NCBI GenBank assembly: GCA_032718475.1
Contig: JAUCBJ010005246.1
Coordinates: 1 to 59,786, forward strand
Length of the DNA stretch: 59,786 nt
Reading direction: 5' to 3'
Source: Nemertoderma westbladi
Lineage: Eukaryota > Animalia > Xenacoelomorpha
Below are positions 1 through 15,700 of this stretch, in pieces. The notes beneath the pieces were generated by a model. It was not told the origin of the DNA. It worked only from the letters and a program-made list of their open reading frames with translations, and did not search any database. The position numbers and the translations under genes are program-made. Numbering within the stretch: position 1 is the stretch's first letter; every line of letters begins with the position of its first letter.

Positions 1-3000
1 GAACTGTATGTCATGGATGTACAGCGTGGCCGGAACTGTATGTCATGGATGTACAGCGTGGCCGGAACTGTATGTCATGGATGAACAGCTTGGCCGGAAC
101 TGTATGTCATGGATGTACAGCGTGGCTGAACTGTATGTCATGGATGTACAGCGTGGCCGGAACTGTATGTCATGGATGTACAGCGTGGCCGGAACTGTAT
201 GTCATGGATGTACAGCGTGGCTGAACTGTATGTCATGCATGTACAACGTGGCCGGAACTGTATGTCATGGATGTACAGCGTGGCCGGAACTGTATGTCAT
301 GGATGTACAGCGTGGTCGGAACTGTATGTCATGGATGTACAGCGTGGCCGGAACTGTATGTCATGGATGTACAGCGTGGCCGGAACTGTATGTCATGGAT
401 GTACAGTGTGGCCGGAACTGTATGTCATGGATGAACAGCTTGGCCGGAACTGTATGTCATGGATGTACAGCGTGGCTGAACTGTATGTCATGGATGTACA
501 GCGTGGCCGGAACTGTATGTCATGGATGTACAGCGTGGCCGGAACTGTATGTCATGGATGTACAGCGTGGCCGGAACTATGTCATGGATGTACAGCGTGG
601 CCGGAACTGTATGTCATGGATGTACACTGTACAGCGTGGCCGGAACTGTATGTCATGGATGTACAACGTGGCCGTAACTGTATGTCATGGATGTAGAGCG
701 TGGCTGAACTGTATGTCATGGATGTACAGCGTGGCCGGAACTGTATGACATAGATGTACAGCGTGGCCGGAACTGTATGTCATCCGGAACCGTATGTCAT
801 GGATGTACAGCGTGGCTGAACTGTATGTCATGGATGTACAGTGTGGCCGGAACTGTATGTCATGGATGTACAGCGTGGCCGGAACTGTATGTCATGGATG
901 TACAGCGTGGTTGAACTGTATGTCATGGATGTACAGCGTGGCCGGAACTGTATGTCATGGATGTACAGCGTGGTCGGAACTGTATGTCATGGATGTACAG
1001 CGTGGCCGTAACTGTATGTCATGGATGTACGTACAGCGTGGCCGGAACTGTATGTCATGGATGTAGAGCGTGGCCGGAACTGTATGTCATGGATGTACAC
1101 TGTGCAGCGTGGCCGGAACTGTATGTCATGGATGTACAGCGTGGCTGCACTGTATGTCATGGATGTACAGCGTAGCCGCAACTGTATGTCATGGATGTAT
1201 ATACAGCGTGGCCGGAACTGTATGTCATGGATGTACAGCGTGGCCGGAACTGTATGTCATGGATGTACAGCGTGGCCGGAACTGTATGTCATGGATGTAC
1301 AGCGTGTCCAGAACTGTATGTCATGGATGAACAGCGTGGCCGGAACTGTATGTCATGGATGTACAGCGTGGCCGGAACTGTATGTCATGGATGTACAGCG
1401 TGGCCGCAACTGTATGTCATGGATGTATATACAGCGTGGCCGGAACTGTATGTCATGGATGTACAGCGTGGCCGGAACTGTATGTCATGGATGTACAGCG
1501 TGGCCGGAACTGTATGTCATGGATGTACAGCGTGGCCGGAACTGTATGTCATGGATGTACAGCGTGGCCGGAACTATGTCATGGATGTACAGCGTGGCCG
1601 GAACTGTATGTCATGGATGTACACTGTACAGCGTGGCCGGAACTGTATGTCATGGATGTACAACGTGGCCGTAACTGTATGTCATGGATGTAGAGCGTGG
1701 CCGTAACTGTATGTCATGGATGTACAGCGTGGCTGAACTGTATGTCATGGATGTACAGCGTGGCCGGAACTGTATGTCATGGATGTACAGCGTGGCTGAA
1801 CTGTATGTCATGGATGTACAGCGTGGCCGGGACTGTATGTCATGGATGTACAGCGTGGCCGGAACTGTATGTCATGGATGTACAGCGTGGCTGAACTGTA
1901 TGTCATGGATGTACAGTGTGGCCGGAACTGTATGTCATGGATGTACAGCGTGGCCGGAACTGTATGACATAGATGTACAGCGTGGCCGGAACTGTATGTC
2001 ATGGATGTACAGCGTGGCTGAACTGTATGTCATGGATGTACAGCGTGGCCGGAACTGTATGTCATGGATGTACAGCGTGGCTGAACTGTATGTCATGGAT
2101 GTACAGCGTGGCCGGAACTGTATGTCATGGATGTACAGCGTGGCCGGAACTGTATGTCATGGATGTACAGCGTGGCTGAACTGTATGTCATGGATGTACA
2201 GCGTGGCCGGAACTGTATGTCATGGATGTACAGCGTGGTCGGAACTGTATGTCATGGATGTACAGCGTGGCCGTAACTGTATGTCATGGATGTACGTACA
2301 GCGTGGCCGGAACTGTATGTCATGGATGTAGAGCGTGGCCGGAACTGTATGTCATGGATGTACACTGTGCAGCGTGGCCGGAACTGTATGTCATGGATGT
2401 ACAGCGTGGCTGCACTGTATGTCATGGATGTACAGCGTAGCCGCAACTGTATGTCATGGATGTATATACAGCGTGTCCGGAACTGTATGTCATGGATGTA
2501 CAGCGTGGCCGGAACTGTATGTCATGGATGTACAGCGTGGCCGGAACTGTATGTCATGGATGTACAGCGTGTCCAGAACTGTATGTCATGGATGAACAGC
2601 GTGGCCGGAACTGTATGTCATGGATGTACAGCGTGGCCGGAACTGTATGTCATGGATGTACAGCGTGTCCAGAACTGTATGTCATGGATGAACAGCGTGG
2701 CCGGAACTGTATGTCATGGATGTACAGCGTGGCCGCAACTGTATGTCATGCATGTACAACGTGGCCGGAACAGTATGTCATGGATGTACAGCGTGGCCGG
2801 AACTGTATGTCATGGATGTACAGCGTGGCCGGAACTGTATGTCATGGATGTACAGCGTGTCCAGAACTGTATGTCATGGATGAACAGCGTGGCCGGAACT
2901 GTATGTCATGGATGTACAGCGTGGCCGGAACTGTATGTCATCGATGTACAGCATGGCCGGAACCGTATGTCATGGATGTACAGCGTGACCGGAACTGTAT

Positions 3001-6000
3001 GTCATCGATGTACAGCGTGGCCGGAACCGTATGTCATGGATGTACAGCGTGGCCGGAACTGTATGTCATGTATTTACAGCGTGGCCGGAACTGTATGTCA
3101 TGGATGTACAGCGTGGCCGGAACTGTATGTCATGGATGTATAGCGTGGCCGGAACTGTATGTCACGGATGTACACCGTGGCCGGAACTGTATGTCATCGA
3201 TGTACAGCGTGGTCGGAACTGTATGTCATGGATGTACACTGTACAGCTTGGCCGGAAATGTATGTCATGGATGTACAGCGTGGCCGGAACTGTATGTCAT
3301 GGATGTACAACGTGGCCGGAACTGTATGTCATGGATGTACAGTGTGGCCGGAACTGTATGTCATGGATGTACAGCGTGGCGGAACTGTATCTCATGGAAG
3401 TACAGCGTGGCCGGAACTGTATGTCATGGATGTACAGCGTGGCCGGAACTGTATGTCATGGATGTACAGCGTGGCCGGAACTGTATGTCATGGATGTACA
3501 GCGTGGCCGGAACTGTATTTCATGGATGTACAGCGTGGCCGGAACTGTATGTCATAGATGTACAGCGTGGCCGGAACTGTATGTCATGGATGTACAGCGT
3601 GGCTGAACTGTATGTCATGCATGTACAACGTGGCCGGAACTGTATGTCATGGATGTACAGCGTGGCCGGAACTGTATGTCATGGATGTACAGCGTGGTCG
3701 GAACTGTATGTCATGGATGTACAGCTTGGCCGGAACTGTATGTCATGGATGTACAGCGTGGCTGAACTGTATGTCATGGATGTACAGCGTGGCCGGAACT
3801 GTATGTCATGGATGTACAGCGTGGCCGGAACTGTATGTCATGGATGTACAGCGTGGCTGAACTGTATGTCATGCATGTACAACGTGGCCGGAACTGTATG
3901 TCATGGATGTACAGCGTGGCCGGAACTGTATGTCATGGATGTACAGCGTGGTCGGAACTGTATGTCATGGATGTACAGCGTGGCCGGAACTGTATGTCAT
4001 GGATGTACAGCGTGGCCGGAACTGTATGTCATGGATGTACAGTGTGGCCGGAACTGTATGTCATGGATGAACAGCTTGGCCGGAACTGTATGTCATGGAT
4101 GTACAGCGTGGCTGAACTGTATGTCATGGATGTACAGCGTGGCCGGAACTGTATGTCATGGATGTACAGCGTGGCCGGAACTGTATGTCATGGATGTACA
4201 GCGTGGCCGGAACTATGTCATGGATGTACAGCGTGGCCGGAACTGTATGTCATGGATGTACACTGTACAGCGTGGCCGGAACTGTATGTCATGGATGTAC
4301 AACGTGGCCGTAACTGTATGTCATGGATGTAGAGCGTGGCTGAACTGTATGTCATGGATGTACAGCGTGGCCGGAACTGTATGACATAGATGTACAGCGT
4401 GGCCGGAACTGTATGTCATCCGGAACCGTATGTCATGGATGTACAGCGTGGCTGAACTGTATGTCATGGATGTACAGTGTGGCCGGAACTGTATGTCATG
4501 GATGTACAGCGTGGCCGGAACTGTATGTCATGGATGTACAGCGTGGTTGAACTGTATGTCATGGATGTACAGCGTGGCCGGAACTGTATGTCATGGATGT
4601 ACAGCGTGGTCGGAACTGTATGTCATGGATGTACAGCGTGGCCGTAACTGTATGTCATGGATGTACGTACAGCGTGGCCGGAACTGTATGTCATGGATGT
4701 AGAGCGTGGCCGGAACTGTATGTCATGGATGTACACTGTGCAGCGTGGCCGGAACTGTATGTCATGGATGTACAGCGTGGCTGCACTGTATGTCATGGAT
4801 GTACAGCGTAGCCGCAACTGTATGTCATGGATGTATATACAGCGTGGCCGGAACTGTATGTCATGGATGTACAGCGTGGCCGGAACTGTATGTCATGGAT
4901 GTACAGCGTGGCCGGAACTGTATGTCATGGATGTACAGCGTGTCCAGAACTGTATGTCATGGATGAACAGCGTGGCCGGAACTGTATGTCATGGATGTAC
5001 AGCGTGGCCGGAACTGTATGTCATGGATGTACAGCGTGGCCGCAACTGTATGTCATGGATGTATATACAGCGTGGCCGGAACTGTATGTCATGGATGTAC
5101 AGCGTGGCCGGAACTGTATGTCATGGATGTACAGCGTGGCCGGAACTGTATGTCATGGATGTACAGCGTGGCCGGAACTGTATGTCATGGATGTACAGCG
5201 TGGCCGGAACTATGTCATGGATGTACAGCGTGGCCGGAACTGTATGTCATGGATGTACACTGTACAGCGTGGCCGGAACTGTATGTCATGGATGTACAAC
5301 GTGGCCGTAACTGTATGTCATGGATGTAGAGCGTGGCCGTAACTGTATGTCATGGATGTACAGCGTGGCTGAACTGTATGTCATGGATGTACAGCGTGGC
5401 CGGAACTGTATGTCATGGATGTACAGCGTGGCTGAACTGTATGTCATGGATGTACAGCGTGGCCGGGACTGTATGTCATGGATGTACAGCGTGGCCGGAA
5501 CTGTATGTCATGGATGTACAGCGTGGCTGAACTGTATGTCATGGATGTACAGTGTGGCCGGAACTGTATGTCATGGATGTACAGCGTGGCCGGAACTGTA
5601 TGACATAGATGTACAGCGTGGCCGGAACTGTATGTCATGGATGTACAGCGTGGCTGAACTGTATGTCATGGATGTACAGCGTGGCCGGAACTGTATGTCA
5701 TGGATGTACAGCGTGGCTGAACTGTATGTCATGGATGTACAGCGTGGCCGGAACTGTATGTCATGGATGTACAGCGTGGCCGGAACTGTATGTCATGGAT
5801 GTACAGCGTGGCTGAACTGTATGTCATGGATGTACAGCGTGGCCGGAACTGTATGTCATGGATGTACAGCGTGGTCGGAACTGTATGTCATGGATGTACA
5901 GCGTGGCCGTAACTGTATGTCATGGATGTACGTACAGCGTGGCCGGAACTGTATGTCATGGATGTAGAGCGTGGCCGGAACTGTATGTCATGGATGTACA

Positions 6001-9000
6001 CTGTGCAGCGTGGCCGGAACTGTATGTCATGGATGTACAGCGTGGCTGCACTGTATGTCATGGATGTACAGCGTAGCCGCAACTGTATGTCATGGATGTA
6101 TATACAGCGTGTCCGGAACTGTATGTCATGGATGTACAGCGTGGCCGGAACTGTATGTCATGGATGTACAGCGTGGCCGGAACTGTATGTCATGGATGTA
6201 CAGCGTGTCCAGAACTGTATGTCATGGATGAACAGCGTGGCCGGAACTGTATGTCATGGATGTACAGCGTGGCCGGAACTGTATGTCATGGATGTACAGC
6301 GTGTCCAGAACTGTATGTCATGGATGAACAGCGTGGCCGGAACTGTATGTCATGGATGTACAGCGTGGCCGCAACTGTATGTCATGCATGTACAACGTGG
6401 CCGGAACAGTATGTCATGGATGTACAGCGTGGCCGGAACTGTATGTCATGGATGTACAGCGTGGCCGGAACTGTATGTCATGGATGTACAGCGTGTCCAG
6501 AACTGTATGTCATGGATGAACAGCGTGGCCGGAACTGTATGTCATGGATGTACAGCGTGGCCGGAACTGTATGTCATGGATGTACAGCGTGGCCGCAACT
6601 GTATGTCATGGATGTATATACAGCGTGGCCGGAACTGTATGTCATGGATGTACAGCGTGGCCGGAACTGTATGTCATGGATGTACAGCGTGGCCGGAACT
6701 GTATGTCATGGATGTACAGCGTGGCCGGAACTGTATGTCATGGATGTACAGCGTGGCCGGAACTGTATGTCATGGATGTACAGTGTGGCCGGAACTGTAT
6801 GTCATGGATGTACAGCGTGGCCGGAACTGTATGTCATGGATGTACACCGTGGTCGGAACTGTATGTCATCGATGTACAGCGTGGCCGGAACTGTATGTCA
6901 TGGATGTACAGTGTGGCCGGAACTGTATGTCATGGATGTACAGCGTGGCCGGAACTGTATGTCATCGATGTACAGCATGGCCGGAACCGTATGTCATGGA
7001 TGTACAGCGTGACCGGAACTGTATGTCATCGATGTACAGCGTGGCCGGAACCGTATGTCATGGATGTACAGCGTGGCCGGAACTGTATGTCATGTATTTA
7101 CAGCGTGGCCGGAACTGTATGTCATGGATGTACAGCGTGGCCGGAACTGTATGTCATGGATGTATAGCGTGGCCGGAACTGTATGTCACGGATGTACACC
7201 GTGGCCGGAACTGTATGTCATCGATGTACAGCGTGGTCGGAACTGTATGTCATGGATGTACACTGTACAGCTTGGCCGGAAATGTATGTCATGGATGTAC
7301 AGCGTGGCCGGAACTGTATGTCATGGATGTACAACGTGGCCGGAACTGTATGTCATGGATGTACAGTGTGGCCGGAACTGTATGTCATGGATGTACAGCG
7401 TGGCGGAACTGTATCTCATGGATGTACAGCGTGGCCGGAACTGTATGTCATGGATGTACAGCGTGGCCGGAACTGTATGTCATGGATGTACAGCGTGGCC
7501 GGAACTGTATGTCATGGATGTACAGCGTGGCCGGAACTGTATTTCATGGATGTACAGCGTGGCCGGAACTGTATGTCATAGATGTACAGCGTGGCCGGAA
7601 CTGTATGTCATGGATGTACAGTGTGGCTGAACTGTATGTCATGGATGTACAGCGTGGCTGAACTGGATGTCATGGATGTACAGCGTGGCCGGAACTGTAT
7701 GTCATGGATGTAAAGCGTGGCTGAACTGTATGTCATGGATGTACAGCGTGGCCGGAACTGTATGTCATGGATGTACAGCGTGGTCGGAACTGTATGTCAT
7801 GGATGTACAGCGTGGCCGTAACTGTATGTCATGGATGTACGTACAGCGTGGCCGGAACTGTATGTCATGGATGTACACTGTGCAGCGTGGCCGGAACTGT
7901 ATGTCATGGATGTACAGCGTGGCTGCACTGTATGTCATGGATGTACAGCGTAGCCGCAACTGTATGTCATGGATGTATATACAGCGTGTCCGGAACTGTA
8001 TGTCATGGATGTACAGCGTGGCCGGAACTGTATGTCATGGATGTACAGCGTGGCCGGAACTGTATGTCATGGATGTACAGCGTGTCCAGAACTGTATGTC
8101 ATGGATGAACAGCGTGGCCGGAACTGTATGTCATGGATGTACAGCGTGGCCGGAACTGTATGTCATGGATGTACAGCGTGTCCAGAACTGTATGTCATGG
8201 ATGAACAGCGTGGCCGGAACTGTATGTCATGGATGTACAGCGTGGCCGCAACTGTATGTCATGCATGTACAACGTGGCCGGAACAGTATGTCATGGATGT
8301 ACAGCGTGGCCGGAACTGTATGTCATGGATGTACAGCGTGGCCGGAACTGTATGTCATGGATGTACAGCGTGTCCAGAACTGTATGTCATGGATGAACAG
8401 CGTGGCCGGAACTGTATGTCATGGATGTACAGCGTGGCCGGAACTGTATGTCATGGATGTACAGCGTGGCCGCAACTGTATGTCATGGATGTATATACAG
8501 CGTGGCCGGAACTGTATGTCATGGATGTACAGCGTGGCCGGAACTGTATGTCATGGATGTACAGCGTGGCCGGAACTGTATGTCATGGATGTACAGCGTG
8601 GCCGGAACTGTATGTCATGGATGTACAGTGTGGCCGGAACTGTATGTCATGGATGTACAGCGTGGCCGGAACTGTATGTCATCGATGTACAGCATGGCCG
8701 GAACCGTATGTCATGGATGTACAGCGTGACCGGAACTGTATGTCATCGATGTACAGCGTGGCCGGAACCGTATGTCATGGATGTACAGCGTGGCCGGAAC
8801 TGTATGTCATCGATGTACAGCGTGGTCGGAACTGTATGTCATGGATGTACACTGTACAGCTTGGCCGGAAATGTAAGTCATGGATGTACAGCGTGGCCGG
8901 AACTGTATGTCATGGATGTACAACGTGGCCGGAACTGTATGTCATGGATGTACATGTACAGTGTGGCCGGAACTGTATGTCATGGATGTACAGCGTGGCG

Positions 9001-11564
9001 GAACTGTATCTCATGGATGTACAGCGTGGCCGGAACTGTATGTCATGGATGTACAGCGTGGCCGGAACTGTATGTCATGGATGTACAGCGTGGCCGGAAC
9101 TGTATGTCATGGATGTACAGCGTGGCCGGAACTGTATTTCATGGATGTACAGCGTGGCCGGAACTGTATGTCATAGATGTACAGCGTGGCCGGAACTGTA
9201 TGTCATGGATGTACAGTGTGGCTGAACTGTATGTCATGGATGTACAGCGTGGCTGAACTGGATGTCATGGATGTACAGCGTGGCCGGAACTGTATGTCAT
9301 GGATGTAAAGCGTGGCTGAACTGTATGTCATGGATGTACAGCGTGGCCGGAACTGTATGTCATGGATGTACAGCGTGGTCGGAACTGTATGTCATGGATG
9401 TACAGCGTGGCCGTAACTGTATGTCATGGATGTACGTACAGCGTGGCCGGAACTGTATGTCATGGATGTAGAGCGTGGCCGGAACTGTATGTCATGGATG
9501 TACACTGTGCAGCGTGGCCGGAACTGTATGTCATGGATGTACAGCGTGGCTGCACTGTATGTCATGGATGTACAGCGTAGCCGCAACTGTATGTCATGGA
9601 TGTATATACAGCGTGTCCGGAACTGTATGTCATGGATGTACAGCGTGGCCGGAACTGTATGTCATGGATGTACAGCGTGGCCGGAACTGTATGTCATGGA
9701 TGTACAGCGTGTCCAGAACTGTATGTCATGGATGAACAGCGTGGCCGGAACTGTATGTCATGGATGTACAGCGTGGCCGGAACTGTATGTCATGGATGTA
9801 CAGCGTGTCCAGAACTGTATGTCATGGATGAACAGCGTGGCCGGAACTGTATGTCATGGATGTACAGCGTGGCCGGAACTGTATGTCATGGATGTACAGC
9901 GTGGCCGCAACTGTATGTCATGGATGTATATACAGCGTGGCCGGAACTGTATGTCATGGATGTACAGCGTGGCCGGAACTGTATGTCATGGATGTACAGC
10001 GTGGCCGGAACTGTATGTCATGGATGTACAGCGTGGCCGGAACTGTATGTCATGGATGTACAGTGTGGCCGGAACTGTATGTCATGGATGTACAGCGTGG
10101 CCGGAACTGTATGTCATCGATGTACAGCATGGCCGGAACCGTATGTCATGGATGTACAGCGTGACCGGAACTGTATGTCATCGATGTACAGCGTGGCCGG
10201 AACCGTATGTCATGGATGTACAGCGTGGCCGGAACTGTATGTCATGTATTTACAGCGTGGCCGGAACTGTATGTCATGGATGTACAGCGTGGCCGGAACT
10301 GTATGTCATGGATGTATTGTATAGCGTGGCCGGAACTGTATGTCACGGATGTACACCGTGGCCGGAACTGTATGTCATCGATGTACAGCGTGGTCGGAAC
10401 TGTATGTCATGGATGTACACTGTACAGCTTGGCCGGAAATGTATGTCATGGATGTACAGCGTGGCCGGAACTGTATGTCATGGATGTACAACGTGGCCGG
10501 AACTGTATGTCATGGATGTACAGTGTGGCCGGAACTGTATGTCATGGATGTACAGCGTGGCGGAACTGTATCTCATGGATGTACAGCGTGGCCGGAACTG
10601 TATGTCATGGATGTACAGCGTGGCCGGAACTGTATGTCATGGATGTACAGCGTGGCCGGAACTGTATGTCATGGATGTACAGCGTGGCCGGAACTGTATT
10701 TCATGGATGTACAGCGTGGCCGGAACTGTATGTCATAGATGTACAGCGTGGCCGGAACTGTATGTCATGGATGTACAGTGTGGCTGAACTGTATGTCATG
10801 GATGTACAGCGTGGCTGAACTGGATGTCATGGATGTACAGCGTGGCCGGAACTGTATGTCATGGATGTAAAGCGTGGCTGAACTGTATGTCATGGATGTA
10901 CAGCGTGGCCGGAACTGTATGTCATGGATGTACAGCGTGGCCGGAACTGTATGTCATGGATGTACAGTGTGGCCGGAACTGTATGTCATGGATGTACAGC
11001 GTGGCTGGAACTGTATGTCATGGATGTACAGCGTGGCCGGAACTGTATGTCATGGATGTACAACGTGGCCGGAACTGTATGTCATGGATGTACAACGTGG
11101 CCGGAACTGTATGTCATGGATCTAAAGCGTGGCCGGAATTGTATGTCATCGATGTACAGCGTGGCCGGAACTGTATGTCATGGATGTACACTGTACAGCG
11201 TGGCCGGAACTGTATGTCATGGATGTACAACGTGGCCGGAACTGTATGTCATGGATGTACAGCGTGGCCGGAACTGTATGTCATGGATGTACAGCGTGGC
11301 CGGAACTGTATGTCATGGATGTACACTGTACAGCGTGGCCGGAACTGTATGTCATGCATGTACAACGTGGCCGGAACTGTATGTCATGGATGTACAGCGT
11401 GGCCGGAACTGTATGTCATGGATGTACACTGTACAGCGTGGCCGGAACTGTATGTCATGGATGTACAACGTGGCCGGAACTGTATGTCATGGATGTACAA
11501 CGTGGCCTGAACTGTGATGTAGAGCGTGGCCGGAACTGTATGTCATGGATGTACACTGTACAGC
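1..11564. repeat. 32-bp minisatellite (GGAACTGTATGTCATGGATGTACAGCGTGGCC)n, roughly 360 copies, truncated by window start
   Basis: Unit read directly. Variant units recur in higher-order blocks (identical ORFs at an offset of 3636 bp, e.g. 172 vs 3808). Confidence 0.98.
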
Positions 11565-11760
11565 GTGCAGACACTGGCGCAGACAGTGGTGCAGACACTG
11601 GTGCAGACAGTGGTACAGACAGTGGTGCAGACACTGGTGCAGACAGTGGTGCAGACACTGGTGCAGACAGTGGTGCAGACACTGGTGCAGACAGTGGTGC
11701 AGACCCTGGTGCAGACTGTGGTACAGACAGTGGTGAAGATACTGGTGCAGACACCTGGTG
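11565..11760. repeat. 12-bp tandem repeat GTGCAGACA(C/G)TG
   Basis: Directly visible and fused to the end of the 32-bp array. A short inverted copy lies at about 12337-12394. Confidence 0.95.
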
Positions 11761-12201
11761 AAAATACTGAAATACCAGAGTTCCACAAAACACTTTACCA
11801 CCAGGCAGTATTATATTATATTTTATCATTGACTTTATTATCTACAAATATGCGAGTGACTACTGAAAGGTTCTACATGAAGTAGGTAGGTTTGGAAGTA
11901 TGTAGTACAAGTCGGGGTGCGTGGGGGTGAATGTGCCCTGGTTACAAATAAGTGTTCTGTACGAAAGTAATTAATCGGTATTCCCGTTTTTATATAAACA
12001 ATAATGTCTATAAATTGTAAGCAGCAATGTCTCCAAGGAATGAGGTTTAAGCGACAGTGTTTGATTGTTTATGTTTATACATGACCTACTTTATACAGAG
12101 TATGTTTAATTTGTTTACCTTTACTGGAGCAACTGCTTAGTATAATAAAACGAGCTAATTAAGTTATTGTCTCTTGTTGGGGATATACATTCACAAACTA
12201 C

Positions 12202-12336
12202 AGTAAGGTCTCAGGAATTCTTAGCCCGCGATTATTCTTAGCCCGTGGGTATTCTTAGCCCGCTAAACAATAACGTTTATTGTTTTGGTTCCCCCAATAC
12301 TCCTTTACTAACCTGCTCCTTTACTAATCTGCTCCT
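12202..12336. mobile_element. Fragment of a non-autonomous DNA element with subterminal repeats
   Basis: Three copies of TTCTTAGCCCG, then TTTATTGTTTTGGTT...TAACCTGCTCCTTT, which is the reverse complement of motifs in the element at 39548-40480. Confidence 0.4.
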
Positions 12337-12720
12337 TCACTGTCTGCACCAGTGTCTGAACCACTGTCTGCACCACTGTTTGCACCAGTGTCTGGGCTAC
12401 CTAATAAATAATTATTTACTGTAGTTGGAGGTGCCAGATGTTTAATTTGTGAAAATAATAGCATTACCTTCACAATGCGCTATAATTTCCACTAAAATAA
12501 GTTATATACCCTTATGAGAAACTCAAAACGGCACTAAATCGGTTTACGTAATTATAAATAATGATTATAGTAATAAAATAAACGTCGATAAAAATTACAT
12601 TACATACATACTTACATACAGCTACATATTTAAAACATATCTTATATAACAAAAGGTCGCAATTAATTGCTGGTTATATACGCTTGGAATTAAATATATA
12701 TATACATAAATAATAAACGT

Positions 12721-15700
12721 TTGTAATTAAATATCTACCAACTGCGACAGAGTTGGAATTAAATATCTACCCAGTACCAACTGCGACAGGGTTGGAATTA
12801 AATATCTACCAACTGCGACAGGGTTGGAATTAAATATCTACCAACTGCGTTGAAATTAAATATCTACCAACTGCAACAAGGTTGGAATTAAATATTTACC
12901 AACTGCCAAGTGTTGGAATTAAATATCTACGAACTGTAACAGGGTTGGATGGAATTAAATATCTACCAACAGCAACAGGGTTGGAATTAAATAGCTACCA
13001 ACTGCGTTGGAATTAAATATCTACCAACTGCCACAGTGTTGGAATTAAATATCTACCAACTGCGACGGGTGGGGAATTAAATATCTACCAACGGCGACCG
13101 GAATTAAATATCTACCAACAGCAACAGTGTTGGAATTAAATATCTACCAACTGCGACAGCGTTGGAATTAAATATCTACGAACTGTAACAGGGTTGGAAT
13201 TAAATAGCTACCAACTGCGTTGGAATTAAATATCTACCAACTGCCACAGTGTTGGAATTAAATATCACCAACTGCGACGGGTGGGGAATTAAATATCTAC
13301 CAACTGCAACAGGATTGGAATTAAATATCTACCAACTGCAACAGGGTTGGATGGAATTAAATATCTACCAACTGCAACAGGATTGGAATTAAATATCTAC
13401 CAACTGCTACAGGGTTGCATGGAATTAAATATCTACCAACTGCAACAGGATTGTAATTAAATATCGACCAACTGCGACAGAGTTGGAATTAAATATCTAC
13501 CCAGTACCAACTGCGACAGGGTTGGAATTAAATATCTACCAACTGCGACAGGGTTGGAATTAAATATCTACCAACTGCGTTGGAATTAAATATCTACCAA
13601 CTGCCACAGTGTTGGAATTAAATATCTACCAACTGCGACGAGTGGGGAATTAAATATCTACCAACTGCAACAGGATTGGAATTAAATATCTACCAACTGC
13701 AACAGGGTTGGATGGAATTAAATATCTACCAACTGCAACAAGGTTGGATGGAATTAAATATCTACCAACTGCAACAGGATTGGAATTAAATATCTACCAA
13801 CTGCAACAGGGTTGGATGGAATTAAATATCTACCAACTGCAACAGGATTGGAATTAAATATCTACCAACTGCGACAGAGTTGGAATTAAATATCTACCCA
13901 GTACCAACTGCGACAGGATTGGAATTAAATATCTACCAACTGCGACAGGGTTGGAATTAAATATCTACCAACTGCGTTGGAATTAAATATCTACCAACTG
14001 CGACAGGGTTGGAATTAAATATCTACCAACTGCGTTGGAATTAAATATCTACCAACTGCAACAGGAGAATTAAATATCTACCAACTGCAACAAGGTTGGA
14101 ATTAAATATTTACAAACTGCCACAGTGTTGGAATTAAATATCTACCAACTGCGACGGGTGGGGAATTAAATATCTACCAACGGCGACCGGAATTAAATAT
14201 CTACCAACAGCAACAGGGTTGGAATTAAATATCTACCAACAGCAACAGGGTTGGAATTAAATAGCTACCAACTGCGTTGGAATTAAATATCTACCAACTG
14301 CCAGTGTTGGAATTAAATATCTACCAACTGCGACGGGTGGGGAATTAAATATCTACCAACTGCAACAGGATTGGAATTAAATATCTACCAACTGCAACAG
14401 GGTTGGATGGAATTAAATATCTACCAACTGCAACAAGGTTGGATGGAATTAAATATCTACCAACTGCAACAGGATTGGAATTAAATATCTACCAACTGCA
14501 ACAGGGTTGGATGGAATTAAATATCTACCAACTGCCACAGTGTTGGAATTAAATATCTACGAACTGTAACAGGGTTGGATGGAATTAAATATCTACCAAC
14601 AGCAACAGGGTTGGAATTAAATAGCTACCAACTGCGTTGGAATTAAATATCTACCAACTGCCACAGTGTTGGAATTAAATATCTACCAACTGGGACGGGT
14701 GGGGAATTAAATATCTACCAACTGCAACAGGATTGGAATTAAATATCTACCAACTGCAACAGGGTTGGATGGAATTAAATATCTACCAACTGCAACAGGG
14801 TTGGATGGAATTAAATATCTACCAACTGCAACAGGGTTGGATGGAATTAAATATCTACCAACTGCAACAGGATTGGAATTAAATATCTACCAACTGCGAC
14901 AGAGTTGAAATTAAATATCTACCAACTGCGACAGTCTGACAGTGTTGGAATTAAATATCTACCAACTGCCACAGTGTTGGAATTAAATATCTACCAACTG
15001 CGACGGGTGGGGAATTGAATATATACCAACTGCAACAGGATTGGAATTAAACATCTACCAACTGCATGCAACAGGGTTGGATGGAATTAAATATCTACCA
15101 ACTGCAACAGGATTGGAATTAAAAATCTACCAACTGCAACAGGGTTGGATGGAATTAAATATCTACCAAATGCAACAGGATTGGAATTAAATATCTACCA
15201 ACTGCGACAGGGTTGGAATTAAATATCTACAAACTGCGACAGTCTGACAGTGTCGGAATTAAATATCTACCAACTGCCACAGTGTTGGAATTAAATATCT
15301 ACCAACTGCGACGGGTGGGGAATTAAATATCTACCAACTGCAACAGGATTGGAATTAAACATCTACCAACTGCAACAGGGTTGGATGGAATTAAATATCT
15401 ACCAACTGCAACATGATTGGAATTAAAAATCTACCAACTGCAACAGGGTTGGATGGAATTAAATATCTACCAACTGCAACAGGATTGGAATTAAATATCT
15501 ACCAACTGCGACAGGGTTGGAATTAAATATCTACTAACTGCGACAGTCTGACAGTGTTGGAATTAAATATCTACCAACTGCGACAGTGTTGGAATTAAAT
15601 ATCTACGAACTGTAACAGGGTTGGATGGAATTAAATATCTACCAACTGCCAGTTTTAGAATTAAATATCTACCAACAGCGACAGTGTTGGAATTAAATAT

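Noticed and set aside
8-11517. Many Cys/Met/Trp-rich ORFs up to 642 aa with CxxC (VCHGCT)
   Set aside because: The 32-bp unit has no stop in any + frame, so the same peptide cycles through all three frames and indels shift frame freely. There is no CxxCH and no unique domain.
11455-11885. GADSGADT / LHHCLHQC repeat proteins
   Set aside because: Translations of a 12-bp simple repeat that is open in several frames on both strands.
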